Positions 15,099-29,326 are shown, numbered from the stretch's first letter. The stretch is 64,000 bases of DNA from Octopus vulgaris (GCA_951406725.2 OX597819.1:77996001-78060000); one strand, 5' to 3'. Numbers and translations are program-made. The notes: generated from the letters alone by a model not told the origin.

Positions 15099-15705
15099 GG
15101 TGGTGGTGATGGTGGCGGCGGCGGCGGAGTTGTTTGCATTGGTAACTGAAAATGGTCTTTCATATATTACATGTACGGCATGTTTCAAACAATAATTGAT
15201 AAACTATTGCTGACGAAGTTCTTTTTGCTTCTGTTGCAGTTGTTGTTGTTGTTATTGTTGTTCACGATGACGATGACGATGACGATGATAACATTGATAA
15301 CGATGACAACATACATAATGATGACGACAACGACGACGGCGATAGAGACGACGACGACGATGATGATGATGATGGTAGCGATGATGATGGTAGTGATGAT
15401 GATGGTAGCGATGATGGTGGTGATAGAGGTGGTGGTAGAGGTGGTGGTAGAGGTGGTGGTAGAGGTGGTGGTAGAGGTGGTGGTAGAGGTGGTGGTAGAG
15501 GTGGTGGTAGAGGTGGCGGGAGGGGTTAGATGTAGAGTTGTTTATGTGATGTGCTTCACGTGGTAATGGTTATGGTGATGGTGATGGTGATGGTGATGTT
15601 GATGGTAGTAGTGTGCACTGTTTCCAGTATGATGATAGTGGGAGTAATGAACTGTTTCAGGCGGGTATTGTTGCTGTTGTTGTTGTTGTTGTTGTTTTTG
15701 TTGTT
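14480..15705. repeat. Trinucleotide microsatellite cluster (TTG, GCT, GAT/GAC, GGT) and a 12-mer (gaggtggtggta)n
   Basis: Visible; source of the poly-D/M/L ORFs. Confidence 0.9.
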
Positions 15706-16503
15706 ATTCAACACTGATCAGCCCAGCCCTGATCATTCTGATCAAAGACAATGAAGCCGTGACCATCTTGACTTTTCATCACAACACAGTTTATCTAGGA
15801 TTACATAATCCAAAAGTGTTTATTTTTTTTTTTTAAGAAAGTAAGATATGAATGCAAGAAGATTTAGTAGCTATTTCGAGCACGACGAATGTTCACAAAA
15901 TCAGGCTCCTTTCGTGGTGGTGGTGGTGGTGGCGGCGGCGGCGGAGGCGGTGATGGTGACGTCGAATATAAAGGGAATGTTGATATTGGTAGTGACGGCG
16001 ATAATAAAGATATCTACAAAAAACCGAATACAATTTTTCGCTAATCAACGAGGAATGACCGGCTTGGACGCTTGACCTTCTGGGAATAGTCACCAAATTT
16101 TCAGATTACACACATATCATCTAAAAAAAAAGAACAGAAGGGCTCATTTGATAATAGATAAACCAATATAGACAAACCAGCTATAAATAAACCAATATTG
16201 TTAGGATAGTGGAGCGCGCATTTAACTACTGGTCAGCGGTTCTCATCCTGGAGTCTGCGGCCAACAGGGTTACACAAACAAAGCACTACAAGTCCCTGAA
16301 CTTTTGCCAAACTTTGAAAAGCTCGCCCTGTAACATGTATAATTATTGATCTGCAGTAATTATACATGTTACAGCATCGACTATCCAAACACCGAAGCTA
16401 AAAAACTTCTTGTAATCCGCAACAAGGAGCTTCAAATTCCCGTGCTCATCAGACTAGTCTGCTAGTATCATGCACAGTTGTCGTCGTTGTCGACATCGTA
16501 CAC

Positions 16504-16920
16504 TGTTTATAGTGCATTAATGGCATTACAACGCATGTCATCATCGGATGGAATACGAATTCTCCCATGGCGTTACTTCGTTCTGACTTTCTCGTAGTGC
16601 TTTCTCAGCAAAGATACTAATTACCTGATCCTCGGTATTTTTTTTACCCAAAGCCAGGAACTATATAGCACCTACTTGTGCATGTATGTATGCATATATA
16701 TAAATATAAATATATATATATATATTGGAAAGCATTGTACAAGTAGGTGCTATATATATAGTTCCTGGCTTTGGGTAAAAAAAAATACAGGAGGATCAGG
16801 TAATTAGTATCTTTGCTGAGAAAACACTACGAGAAAGTCAGAACGAAGTAACGCCATGGGAGAATTCGTATTCCATCCGATGATGACATGCGTTGTAATG
16901 CCATTAATGCACTGTAAACA
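16504..16920. repeat. ~180 bp near-perfect inverted duplication with a TA-rich spacer
   Basis: 16504-16682 is the reverse complement of 16736-16920 with few differences. Confidence 0.9.
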
Positions 16921-17639
16921 TACACACATACACACACTTGCGTACACACACACACTTGTACACACACTTGCTCACAGGCATGCAAGACACGCACACACAC
17001 ACACACACACTCTCATACACACACTCACACACAAATACACACACACACATTTATATATATAAACATATATACGGCGAGAGCCCACACAGTTTCCGGCTAC
17101 CAAATTCACTCAGAAGACATTGGTCGGTGTGTAGCTATAGAATTTTAAGATGTTGTTTGTGATCTAAGGGAGATTTACGTACTATTTCTTGCAGAGCTAT
17201 TGATTACACGGAAACTCCATCCATGGGTCGTATCACATGCCCTGTTGTTTACTGTGTAATGGGGTAGAAAGGGCTCCTTAGCCGTAGTGAAGGCAATCTA
17301 TCTTGGGAGATAACCTTACAATACATCACTGGGTCCGTAGCTTAGAAATACTGGGTTGACGTCCAGCGGGAACAGCTTTGTTTCATGGAGGAGGAAAGAT
17401 CTTCTTTAGTACTTGGTTGTACAATGCTTTCCAATGTGTGTAGTAGTGGCGCGCGCACACATTATTAGCCATTTGAAAAGACTATGAAAGTCTCGACCAC
17501 GGTCGAACAATGATGATGATGTGTTCTACAAAGCTGTTAGAAATCTTGCATTTCATTACTGCATCTAAGCGGAACAGTTTAGGACTAAAGTGGCTGTCAA
17601 AGCTTTCATCGTAATTTCATCCACACATACATCTCTCTT

Positions 17640-17960
17640 ACTATTGCTGGGAATGTCATAGGAACAGAATTTGGCCAAAAGAAATGTTCGTATTTGAAAG
17701 TTGAACGTGGAAAATCAATTCTCCAAATAGGAAATCTGAGCATCAACTCTTCCACACAAAGAACGTTACAAAAAGCTAGGTATTGACAAAAACATATCAT
17801 TAAAAGGTATTGACTAGCAGCGTTCCAGCCCTGACGTGACCATCTTATGCTTCTCAGATATAGCCTGGGGACACAATACATAATACAGTTAAATATTTAG
17901 CAATCCAAAATGGAAGGTACTGGGAATAAAGACAGAATGACCCGAGAACATTATACCAGA
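17640..17960 (+). pseudogene. Highly decayed RTE-like non-LTR C-terminal fragment
   Basis: Broken-frame motifs VFES*TW, KYLAIQ-KMEG, PRTLY resemble RTE FEMW..RR and MEG.R.RGRP motifs. Confidence 0.35.
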
Positions 17961-17975
17961 CATGACAGTCGGGAC

Positions 17976-18011
<36 letters not shown>

Positions 18012-18049
18012 CTTGCAACAAGACAGAATCCCACAATGCATTTGCAATA

Positions 18050-18410
18050 TGAAGGCTGATTCCAACATTTGGGATGAAATCTATTTCATAGACGTTAAAA
18101 CACGCAAGATCTTGACATCAACTGGAAACTTCCACAGAAACAGTGATATCGACAAGCTCTACATAGGAAGAGGTGGTTGTGGAGATCAGTGCACACAGCC
18201 TTCGAATGTCGTAGTCTCTCTCAGACTGCACTTGCTCAACAACAACAGTAAAAGTAAATACATTAACATACTGCTGAAAAGCGAAGAGAACAACATCCTA
18301 CGCGTCGGCAGCGAGCTCCTCCTGAAGCATTCTCTTCCTGGTGACCTCGAATAGAACCCCCAAACAACTGGATTAATATTCCTCAAAAAAGACCTGGTTG
18401 TGAAATGTTC
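18050..18410 (+). pseudogene. R4/Dong-like (RLE) non-LTR retrotransposon RT-thumb fragment
   Basis: IDVKTRKILTSTGNFHRNSDIDKLYIGRGG matches the D.KTRK.LT.....H..SD.DRLY..R..GGRG motif. Confidence 0.75.
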
Positions 18411-18457
18411 AGCGTACCAAAAAGAAAAAGAAAAGAAAAAAAAGAAAAGCTATACAT

Positions 18458-18620
18458 AGGCGCAGGAGTGGCTGTCTGGTAAGTATCTTGCTTACCAACC
18501 ACACGGTTCCGGGTTCAGTCCCACTGCGTGGCACCTTGGCCAAGTGTCTTCTATTATAGCCTCGGGCCGACCAAAGTCTTGTGAGTGGATTTGGTAGACG
18601 GAAACTGAAAGAAGCCCGTC

Positions 18621-18702
<82 letters not shown>

Positions 18703-18907
18703 TTGTGTGTCTGTGTTTGTCTCTCCCAACATCGCTTGACAACCGATGCTGGTGTGTTTACGTCCCCGTAACTTAGCGGTTTGGCAAAAGAGACCGATAG
18801 AATAAGTACTAGGCTTACAAAGAATAAGTCCTGGGGTCGATTTGCTCGACAAAATGCGGTGCTCCAGCATGGCTACAGTCAAATGACTGAAACAAGTAAA
18901 AGAGTAA
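18458..18907 (+). mobile_element. SINE family A, full length (tRNA-derived head, ACCTTGG(G)CAAGT CORE-like block, internal (TA)n(TG)n)
   Basis: A-box tggctgtctggt, B-box ggttcagtccc, tail aaatgactgaaacaagtaaaagag. More than 15 copies or fragments in the window. Confidence 0.92.
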
Positions 18908-18935
18908 AACAGTAAATCAGTATAAATATATACGT

Positions 18936-18976
<41 letters not shown>

Positions 18977-19192
18977 AACTATAGTTATATAATTTATATA
19001 TGTGAATTATGCATATATACATGTATGAGTGTGCATATGTATATATGAAACACACATATATATATGTGTGTGTGTGTGTGCATGTGTATGCTTATGTGTG
19101 TTTCTTTGTATTAACGTGTGTTAATATACACAAACATATAAACACACACATACATATACACACACATGCATATATACATATATATACACATA

Positions 19193-19359
19193 TACGACGG
19201 GCCTCTTTCAGTTTCCGTCTACCAAATCCACTCACAAGGCTTTGGTCGACCCAAGGCTATAATAGAAGACACACCTGCCCAAGGTGCCACGTAGTAGGAC
19301 TGAACCCGGAATCATGTGGTTGGTACGCAAGCTACTTATCACACAGCCACTCCTACGCC
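19193..19359 (-). mobile_element. SINE family A, 5' half
   Basis: Reverse complement of 18458-18622. Confidence 0.85.
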
Positions 19360-21377
19360 TATATGAAATACCAAAAGATGGTTTAAATCCAAATCACAAT
19401 TGCTTCTGTGCATTAGCAACAACAGTTAGTTGCTGAGTGTTTTACATATTATGCTTACTATTATATAAACATTATATATGATCCATCAATAGCAGCGTAC
19501 AAGCACGTCATCAGGTGAGTGACTTAGAGAGTACTACTGGATCACCTATAGTTTCCCATTGTTTTAAACCCATATTCTACTTTTAGCATTTCCTTGATAA
19601 AGAGCATCACGTGTATTCAAATAGACACAAATTATAAAACCTTCCAAGTAAATTAATAGAAAGAAAAATGAAAATTTTATATTATAAAATAGATAGGCCA
19701 AAATTAATCAATGGAAATATAAAACCAAAGCTATCTAATATAGGTATCAAAAATCAACCTGGCTGGTTACGTGATGTGTGCGTGTATTCACCTATATGTG
19801 TATATATACATTCATATTTGCTATATATGTATGTGTGCATTTATACATACGCTCTCCCGTTAGGAAGATTAATATATGCAATTCTTAAAACATTTACCAG
19901 GCAAATTTATTATTTAATGTACGTCTATCTTCTCTAGTTAACAAAATATTTTTACTTTGATAGATATAGTTATTTCAATTTTATTATTCACTAACGTTAT
20001 TCACCTTTTCTCTTCTCTTCTCATTTCTTTCGTAATTTCTTCCAGTTTCTCCTTTACCGTTGCTTACTTTAAAAAAAATTCTTTCAAAGTCTACTCTATC
20101 TTTATTCAAGCACAAGCACTTCGTATATATATTTTCCTAATCACTTGTCATTAATTTTCTTAACTATTTCTTCTCAGTCAGAACTCTTATCGTTTCTAAA
20201 ATACTTATCCTAATTCTTGTTCATCTTGCTCTTACTCATCTATAAACCGGCCATTAAAATTTGCTGAATTTTCCACTCTACGTATCTGTATTTTTAAGTA
20301 AGGTGTTTTACCGCAAATTTGTTGTTGTTTTTTTTCTTTTCTTGTCAGATTTTAAATTCAACCATTCTATTTTTATGTAGTAGTTACCTTCTAACAATGA
20401 AATTCTATGTTAAAGAATTTTCATACGTTTCACTTAACGCTTTTCCTGCAACTCTTTTTCTGTCATAACAAAGTTTCTTACATCATTTTTAATATGTCAT
20501 TATGTATCTCCAAGCTACACTCCTTATAAATGTATGGTTCTAATTTTTTCCTCAAATATTGATCGCCCTTAAACTAAACAATGCTTAATACAATTATTTC
20601 TTCTCAGTCATTTAAACTACACGCTCTATTATAATTTTTTTAATAATTTTTTGACTGGCGATGTCTCGTTTTCGAAAAGTCATTATGATTCGAAAACTTT
20701 GCTTTCAGTATCCGTACGTAGTATCAACATAAATTTCCATACCCAATACCGATTTCATTCTCACAACAAAAATTTAGAACTTGAATATCCAAACCAGTGA
20801 GTTTCCCCATATTTACTCTAAACTAGGCATGGCTTCATTTGTCGCGAAGTGGACCGCGTGAGATATGACACCTCATCAGGCGGGCCGCAAAGCTAAAGAA
20901 ATTCGAAGCACTTTTTCGTTTGCATGCCATTCAGGAAGTTCCAAAAAAAAAAAAAAAGAAAAGAAAAATCCCAATTTCTATCCGTTTCATGAAGAAATGC
21001 AAAGCAATCCTCAGCTGCATAAATACATAGAATTAAATTAAATTAAAACAGATGGTCACATTAGTATAATTTTACCCCAAACCTCTAAGAAGGTAAGGAG
21101 ATAGCCAAAGAATATGCTGCCTTCACTTCAGCTTAGAAGCTACTAAGGTATCATGAAGGAAGACTTGTTAGAGATCTAGCTTGTCACTGTTTTTTGGGGT
21201 CAGTTTTAATTTATAGTCTTGTTTATCAAATCTTTGTATATCAAAATCTAAGGCCAAGGAACAAGGAGCTTTGATCTTCATGAGGCAGTGTACCGAGTGA
21301 CATCTTTGGGTTTACTTCGCAATTTCTGAAATTGGTGTTTTTGTGATCGCGTGTATGCTGTAGTCTGCGATTTTGTT

Positions 21378-22045
21378 ATGGACGGGAACACAGAACCAAC
21401 GCGAGATTTTGCATTAAACTTGGAACGTCTCCTTCAGGGACATTGAGCATGGTGCAGCAAGCTTACGGTGACGAGGCAATGGGTCGTACGTAATATTTCT
21501 AGTGGCACGGGCACTTTAGAATCAGAAGAACGTTCCTGGAAGACCTGCCATGATGGTTACTCCGGAAATGTGGCATTGTGCAACGAGAATCCTTCCCTCA
21601 GGGCCAGACCGTTAATCGAGAGTTCTACTGTGATGTTTTGAAGTGTTTGAGGGAGGATATTCGGCAAAAGTGACCGGATCTGTGGAGTGGGAAGAACTGG
21701 ATTCTTCACGATGACAATGCACCCTGTCACTGAGCAAAAAAAAAACATGATATCGATTCCGGATCTGCTCTATATGGCGGATTTAGCACCCGCGAACTTC
21801 CATTTTTTCTCCAAGATGAAAACGCAGCTCAAAGGTGACCATTTTAACACGGTTGTCGAAATCCAGAGCGAATCGCAGAAGGTCCTCGACTCGTTTACGG
21901 AAAACGACTTCCAGGCCGGATTTCAAAAGTGGCAGGAACGGTGGGACAGATGTATTGCTGTGCAAGGTAACTATTTCGAAGGAGATGATGCTACAACTTA
22001 GATAAATAAGTTGTCTCATTAAACATAACTAGTTCTGGGACTAGT
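21378..22045 (+). pseudogene. Internally deleted mariner transposase relic
   Basis: QQAYGDEAMGRT, GQTVNREFYCDVL, WILHDDNAPCH, DLAPANFHFF, WQERWDRCIAVQGNYFEG; stops and frameshifts. Confidence 0.9.
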
Positions 22046-22072
22046 ATGCATGTGCGTGCATGTGTATGTATG

Positions 22073-22151
<79 letters not shown>

Positions 22152-22155
<4 letters not shown>

Positions 22156-22372
22156 TTTTATTACCCACAAGGGGCTAAACACAGAGAGGACAAACAAGGA
22201 CAGATAAACGGATTAAGTCGATTATATCGACCCCAGTGCGTAACTGGTACTTATTTAATCGACCCCGAAAGGATGAAAGGCAAAGTCGACCTCGGCGGAA
22301 TTTGAACTCAGAACATAACAGCAGACGAAATACAACAACGAATTTTGCCCGGCATGCTAACATTTCTGCCAG
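22152..22372 (-). mobile_element. SINE family B
   Basis: Matches 7700-7938 and 60660-60890. Confidence 0.88.
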
Positions 22373-22410
22373 ACATGTACATATGTATGTATATTATGCA
22401 TATATATATG

Positions 22411-23205
<795 letters not shown>

Positions 23206-23282
23206 GTATATATATATTTCGTAAGAAATATTTCGTAATGGTTCATTATTGCTATTAGTGTTATTAAGATTTATGTTACTAT

Positions 23283-23318
<36 letters not shown>

Positions 23319-23972
23319 TGTGGAGAAAAAGAGAGTTTTTATGTGTGTGTGAGAGAAAGAGAGATAATGTGTGTGTTATTCAAAGATACAAACCTTGTCA
23401 TATTGTATCACACTGATTTGGTTTGTGAATTGCGTTATGGGTAACCACGAGTATGAATACGGTAACTGAATGCCTATCAGCAATACGGATGCGCAGTCAC
23501 CATAACTGCAGAGAAAATAGCTAAGAATTAGTTTCATGACTAATAAATTCCCCACCTAATAAATTCTCCAGCTAATAAATTCACCAGGTGAATGTCATAC
23601 GTGGCGTTCTTTTCCTCTTCTATTTATTTCATTTCTAGTTCAACTCTACTCATCATTATTATTAATCTGTATAATTTACAATCCATGAATGTGTAAGCGA
23701 AGGTGTTCGTATGTGGGTGTCTGTGAGCGCGATGAATTAGCGTAAAGCGTCCAAGAGACAAATTTCTCTGTAAATGACAACGCAAATTTTTAGTTCTGCC
23801 ACCTTTACCAGACAACTGGTTCGACTAATGCATGTAAAATACAGAGTTACTTCCAAGAAACTTTCATTCTATGAAATACTCTTTAGTGGTCGTAGGCATC
23901 TGTCAACTCGTGAGCTGCTAGTTCAATATCTCCTTCTGCAACGCTACCACTATATATACATACATACATATA

Positions 23973-24085
23973 CGAAACGTTAAACCCTCCTTCTTTCCTT
24001 CTTTCCTGAGCGTCCAATAATACTATATTTGTTCCACGTCCTCGCGTTGTTGTGTTTTTTTGTGCTTTCTTGTTTGGATTAACTT
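23973..24085 (+). mobile_element. Short element starting at a hammerhead 3' half (cGAAACGTT), putative pLTR 3' end
   Basis: Lies between microsatellites, begins cgaaacgttaaac, ends in (TA)n. Confidence 0.45.
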
Positions 24086-24350
24086 TATATACATATATAT
24101 ACATACCTACATACATACGTATATATATATATAGATAAATACATATATGTATACACACGCCCGCGTGCACACACGCACATATGTATACACACACATATAT
24201 ACACTTATATATACATATATATGTGCGTGTGTGCTCCAGCACATATATATGTGCCTTTGGACTGAAACATAAAAGAATAAGAAAAAAATATATATGTATG
24301 CATTTATATGTGTATGCATATACACATACGCGCATGTATATATTTATATA

Positions 24351-24810
<460 letters not shown>

Positions 24811-24835
24811 AGGCTACACTCCAAATATAGGTGTG

Positions 24836-24879
<44 letters not shown>

Positions 24880-25616
24880 TTTAAAAACGTATAATAAAAG
24901 TACAAACGATCGGAAAACAGACACACAAAGTCCCCAACACCTGATCAGTTATTGGCCAGAAGGTCAAGCGCAACGCGCGCGAATACACACATACATGTAC
25001 GCTATTATTGGATTACTTTATAATATAAAATGTTATCTTTTTACTTTTTGTTTCTGTTTTTCAATGAATCGGTCTGATTATGAATAGTAAGGTTCATTCC
25101 GATTGCATCTTCTCTAGGATCCTGTTACTTGTGGGGAAAAAGGAACGCATCAGCAGACCAAAAATCTGATTTGCCTGGATAAGGCAATGTTTTTGCGGGC
25201 GACAGATTCATTGTACTGCTCTACAAGAGCGATACCTCACTGCCACCGACGGACCTTCAGACAGTTTTTAACCAACCAAATTTCGCTTACAAAGCTTTGG
25301 CCAACCCACTGCTATATTCAAAGACATTTGCCTATAGTGCACTGCAGTGAAAATGAAACCCGAAACTACATAGATTCGAACCGAACTTTCTAATCTCACA
25401 ACCACGCTTGCACCCCCATCCAGGTTATTCAAATACGAATACAATAGATGATTTCGTTTTTGTTCAGTTTATTTTCTTGCTTTAGAAACTTCAGATTTTC
25501 TTGAAAGCAGGTTATCTAGAGTCTCAACAGTGATTGCTAATCGTTTTTGATCTATTGCTCTTAACGAGATTATTATAAATTTATACTGATAGAACTATGA
25601 ATTATACGGAAAACGT

Positions 25617-25991
25617 GGAGGCGCAATGGCCCAGTGGTTAGGGCAGCGGACTCGCGGTCGTAGGATCGCGGTTTCGATTCCCAGACCGGGCGTTGTGAGT
25701 GTTTATTGAGCGAAAACACCTAAAGCTCCACGAGGCTCCGGCAGGGATGGTGGTGATCCCTGCTGTACTCTTTCACCACAACTTTCTCTCTCTCTTACTT
25801 CCTGTTTCTGTTGTATCTGTATTTCAAAGGGCCGGCCTTGTCACTCTCTGTGTCACGCTGAATATCCCCGAGAACTACGTTAAGGGTACACGTGTCTGTG
25901 GAGTGCTCAGCCACTTACACGTTAATTTCACGAGCCGGCTGTTCCGTTGATCGGATCAACCGGAACCCTCGTCGTCGTAACCGACGGAGTG
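25617..25991 (+). mobile_element. SINE family C (tRNA-Arg-like head), tail type 1
   Basis: ggaggcgcaatggcccagtggttagggcagcggactcgcggtcgtaggatcgcggtttcgattccc head with A and B boxes; tail ends cgtaaccgacggagtg. Confidence 0.9.
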
Positions 25992-26027
25992 CATCCATCC
26001 ATACGGAAAACAAAAATACCAGTCTGG

Positions 26028-26290
26028 CACTCGACCAGTTACGATGACGAGTGTTCCTGTTAATTCGATCACCGTAACAGCCTGCTCGTGAAATTAACGT
26101 GCAAGTGACAGAGCATTCCACGGATGCTCTTAACGTCGTTCTCAGGGCGACACCAAATGTGCCAGTTGAGTCGACTGAAGCAACGTAAAACAAAGTGTCT
26201 TGCTCAAGATCACACCGCACCGCCAGAAATCGAATTCACCACCATACGATCGTGAGCTGAATATTTCTGACCACTAAGCCACGCACCTTC
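26028..26290 (-). mobile_element. Older SINE sharing tail type 1
   Basis: cagcctgctcgtgaaattaacgtgcaagtg is the reverse complement of the 25911-25941 region. Confidence 0.7.
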
Positions 26291-26303
26291 AATATACATG
26301 TTT

Positions 26304-26563
26304 GTTTCCCGGTTTCCTTGGCGTGTAGGTTCCCCACCTGGACGGGACGCCGGTCCGTCGCAGGTAAGCTGCAAGATGCAGGAGGAAAGAGTGAGAGAAA
26401 GTTGTGGCGAAAGATTCAGCAGAAGTTCGCCATTACCTTCTGCCGGAGCCGCGTGGAGCTTAGGTGTTTCGCTCATAAACACACACATCGCCCGGTCTGA
26501 GATTCGAACCCGCGATCCCCCGACCGCGAGTCCGCTGCTCTAAACACCAGGCCATATGCCTCC
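26304..26563 (-). mobile_element. SINE family C, tail type 2
   Basis: Same head as 25617; tail cctgcgacggaccggcgtcccgtccagg on the minus strand. Confidence 0.9.
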
Positions 26564-26830
26564 ACTTCAATATACATAAGTAACATATAAGCATGTACAC
26601 ACACATGATACAGTGACAGAATTTGTCAAGTATTAATGAATAGTGATTATCAGAACAAAATAAGACGCTTGCGTATGAACATATATGGAAATACAAATTA
26701 CGTGCATAGTAAAAGTGTTCTGATTTCAGTAATTATAATACTTAATAGTGCTAATTACATTAAAACACTAATTGCAAATGTAACAACATGCATAGTTAAA
26801 TACCAAAGAAAATGCATATTTCAAATTCTT

Positions 26831-27014
26831 AGGTGCAGGTATAGCTATGTGCTTAAAAAGCTCGCTACGCAACCGAGTGGTTTAGAATTCAGTCCCACTG
26901 TACGACATATTCGGAAAGTATCTTTTACTATAGCACAAAGCCGATCAATGCCTTGTCATTGAATTTGGTGGACGGAAACTGTGTAGAAGCCTGTCGTATA
27001 TACATGTGTGTGTG

Positions 27015-27061
<47 letters not shown>

Positions 27062-27445
27062 TGTATGTTCACGCGTGTTTTTGTGCTGTGTTTGTGTTAT
27101 CCCCGCCGCCACCTCACAATAAGTTTTGGTTTGTTCACGTCACCATAACTTAACGACTCAGGAAAAGTATGTGTGTGTGTATGTGTGTATGTGTATGCAT
27201 ATGTGTGTGCATGTGCGTGTGTGTGCGTGTGCGCGTGGATGGATGGGTGGATACACATTAGATATATATATATATATATATATATATAGGAGAGTATTGT
27301 AGTTCGTTTGAAGCATTGTGCATTGTTTGTAAAGAATAAAAAGTTTTCAATGGTACAACTTGTATTGGGCTCGATCTATTCGACTAAAACCTTCAAGGTG
27401 GTGCTCGAGTTTGACCGCAGTCCAGTGACCGAAACAAGTAAGAGG
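26831..27445 (+). mobile_element. SINE family A interrupted by a ~190 bp templated insertion (27168-27360)
   Basis: 5' part runs to ...ctcaggaaaag; 3' part resumes at tgggctcgatctattcgactaaa. Confidence 0.7.
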
Positions 27446-28134
27446 TCAAAGACAGGAGTCGTAAGTCGGCGCGAGGCTGTGGTATAAGATTTTTGCTCAA
27501 GATTCCCAATACAATGAAATCGAACACAGCTCCAGGTGGATGCGAATGAAACATCTTACAATACAACTTGCTACACTGCAAATTCCGAGGCCGTATTGCA
27601 TATCAGATTAAACATAAAGATTTTCTTCTATTTCTCTTATGGGTAGAATATAAAGTTATAAAATGGTAAATATGAAAATTCAACAGTCCATATTTAGCTC
27701 TAACCAATTGCATTATTGTTAGTGGTACTTTTATTTGCGATACAGAATATGTAAATGACGATATAAGAACATGATAAATGTATAAACAGATTTATACATA
27801 CATAATACATATTTTTATTGCTTACTGAGGAATATACACGAAGGAATGATTTAAATCTAAAACTTTAGCGCAATATGCGATTGCGAGTAAAGAATCATCT
27901 GCTTAGGTTTCGAGATGAATTTCTTTCCAGAAAATTCGAAATTGAAAACTGTGTGATATTTTCTCAATTTCACAGTGATTATCATTGGAAGGAATTTTTA
28001 ATCGGCCATATATAGTATCAATGGAATACATTATGATCCATCTCGTCGATGGTAAAGTTGTCACGGAAACCTGTTTTTCTGATGTTCTCTATTTTGCTAA
28101 TATCACTGAATAACTTACAATACATACATACATA

Positions 28135-28145
28135 TATGTCTGTGT

Positions 28146-28188
<43 letters not shown>

Positions 28189-28223
28189 GGAGTAAGATAT
28201 AGATAGACAGATATATAGATAGG

Positions 28224-28280
<57 letters not shown>

Positions 28281-28365
28281 GGATAGATAGATAGATAGAT
28301 AGATAGGTAGATAGACACAGAGACAGACAACTGACAGATAGATATGCAGATAGATAAACAGATAT

Positions 28366-28401
<36 letters not shown>

Positions 28402-28454
28402 GTAGGTAGGTAGGTAGGTAGGTAGGTAGGTAGGTAGGTAGGTAGGTAGGTAGG

Positions 28455-28520
<66 letters not shown>

Positions 28521-28565
28521 CGTAGCTAAAAGACAGACAGATAGATAGACAGATACATACATACA
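28135..28565. repeat. (TG)n, (AGAT)n and (AGGT)n microsatellites
   Basis: Visible. Confidence 0.95.
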
Positions 28566-28770
28566 TGTGCGTATATCTTGTCTGTGTGTGTTTGTAATCT
28601 TTAATTAGATATTTATTTTAATATATACCAGTTACAGATTCTATCGTTCCCCAGTATATATAAATGCATATATTCACATTTAGAAGCACTCTCATTGCTA
28701 ATCGTTTTATGTATTGAAAATATTTAACATTGTACGTATAACATGATATCATTAAGATATGTATGTATGT

Positions 28771-28825
<55 letters not shown>

Positions 28826-28835
28826 CATATATACT

Positions 28836-28871
<36 letters not shown>

Positions 28872-28923
28872 CATATACACACTCATATATATACATATAT
28901 GCATATATATATATACACATATA

Positions 28924-28984
<61 letters not shown>

Positions 28985-29289
28985 GTCTGTATGTATGTGT
29001 ATATACATAAATACGTATATACTTACGTATAAATGTTTGTTTCTACATTAAACTAACAGATTATTCAATACTTTTGTACAGTAGATTTTTTTTTATCTCT
29101 CTTTCACAAGAATAGCATTGATAGTGACTTCGAAGTTTCGGCCAGTTGACTTGGAAGACACTGTCAACACAATTTTTATTAAAGAATAATGTGTGTATGT
29201 GTGTATGTGTGCATGTGCATGCGTATGTGTGTGTGCGTGTGTGTGTGTGTGTGTTCGTGTGCGCGTGGATGGATAGGTGGATACACATT

Positions 29290-29324
<35 letters not shown>

Positions 29325-29326
<2 letters not shown>

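Noticed and set aside
13404-15754. Poly-E/R/D/M/L ORFs resembling acidic or protamine-like proteins
   Set aside because: Pure triplet and purine repeats open in several frames and on both strands; no splice or domain support.
16446-16452. Isolated CTGATGA/CTGAAGA heptamers (also 19508, 20874, 38683, 42600, 53369)
   Set aside because: No matching stem II plus GAAA-NUH; expected by chance in 64 kb.
19950-20820. Possible ancient LINE on the minus strand (purine-rich bias)
   Set aside because: No recognisable protein motif could be read.
23541-23588. 16 bp repeat x3 (taataaattcNccaNN) as a CRISPR-like array
   Set aside because: Tandem units without spacers, in eukaryotic context; a minisatellite.
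25617-25690. tRNA-Arg-like sequence (also 26490-26563, 39025-39096, 62103-62175)
   Set aside because: SINE heads: no proper acceptor stem, and each is followed by a shared SINE body.
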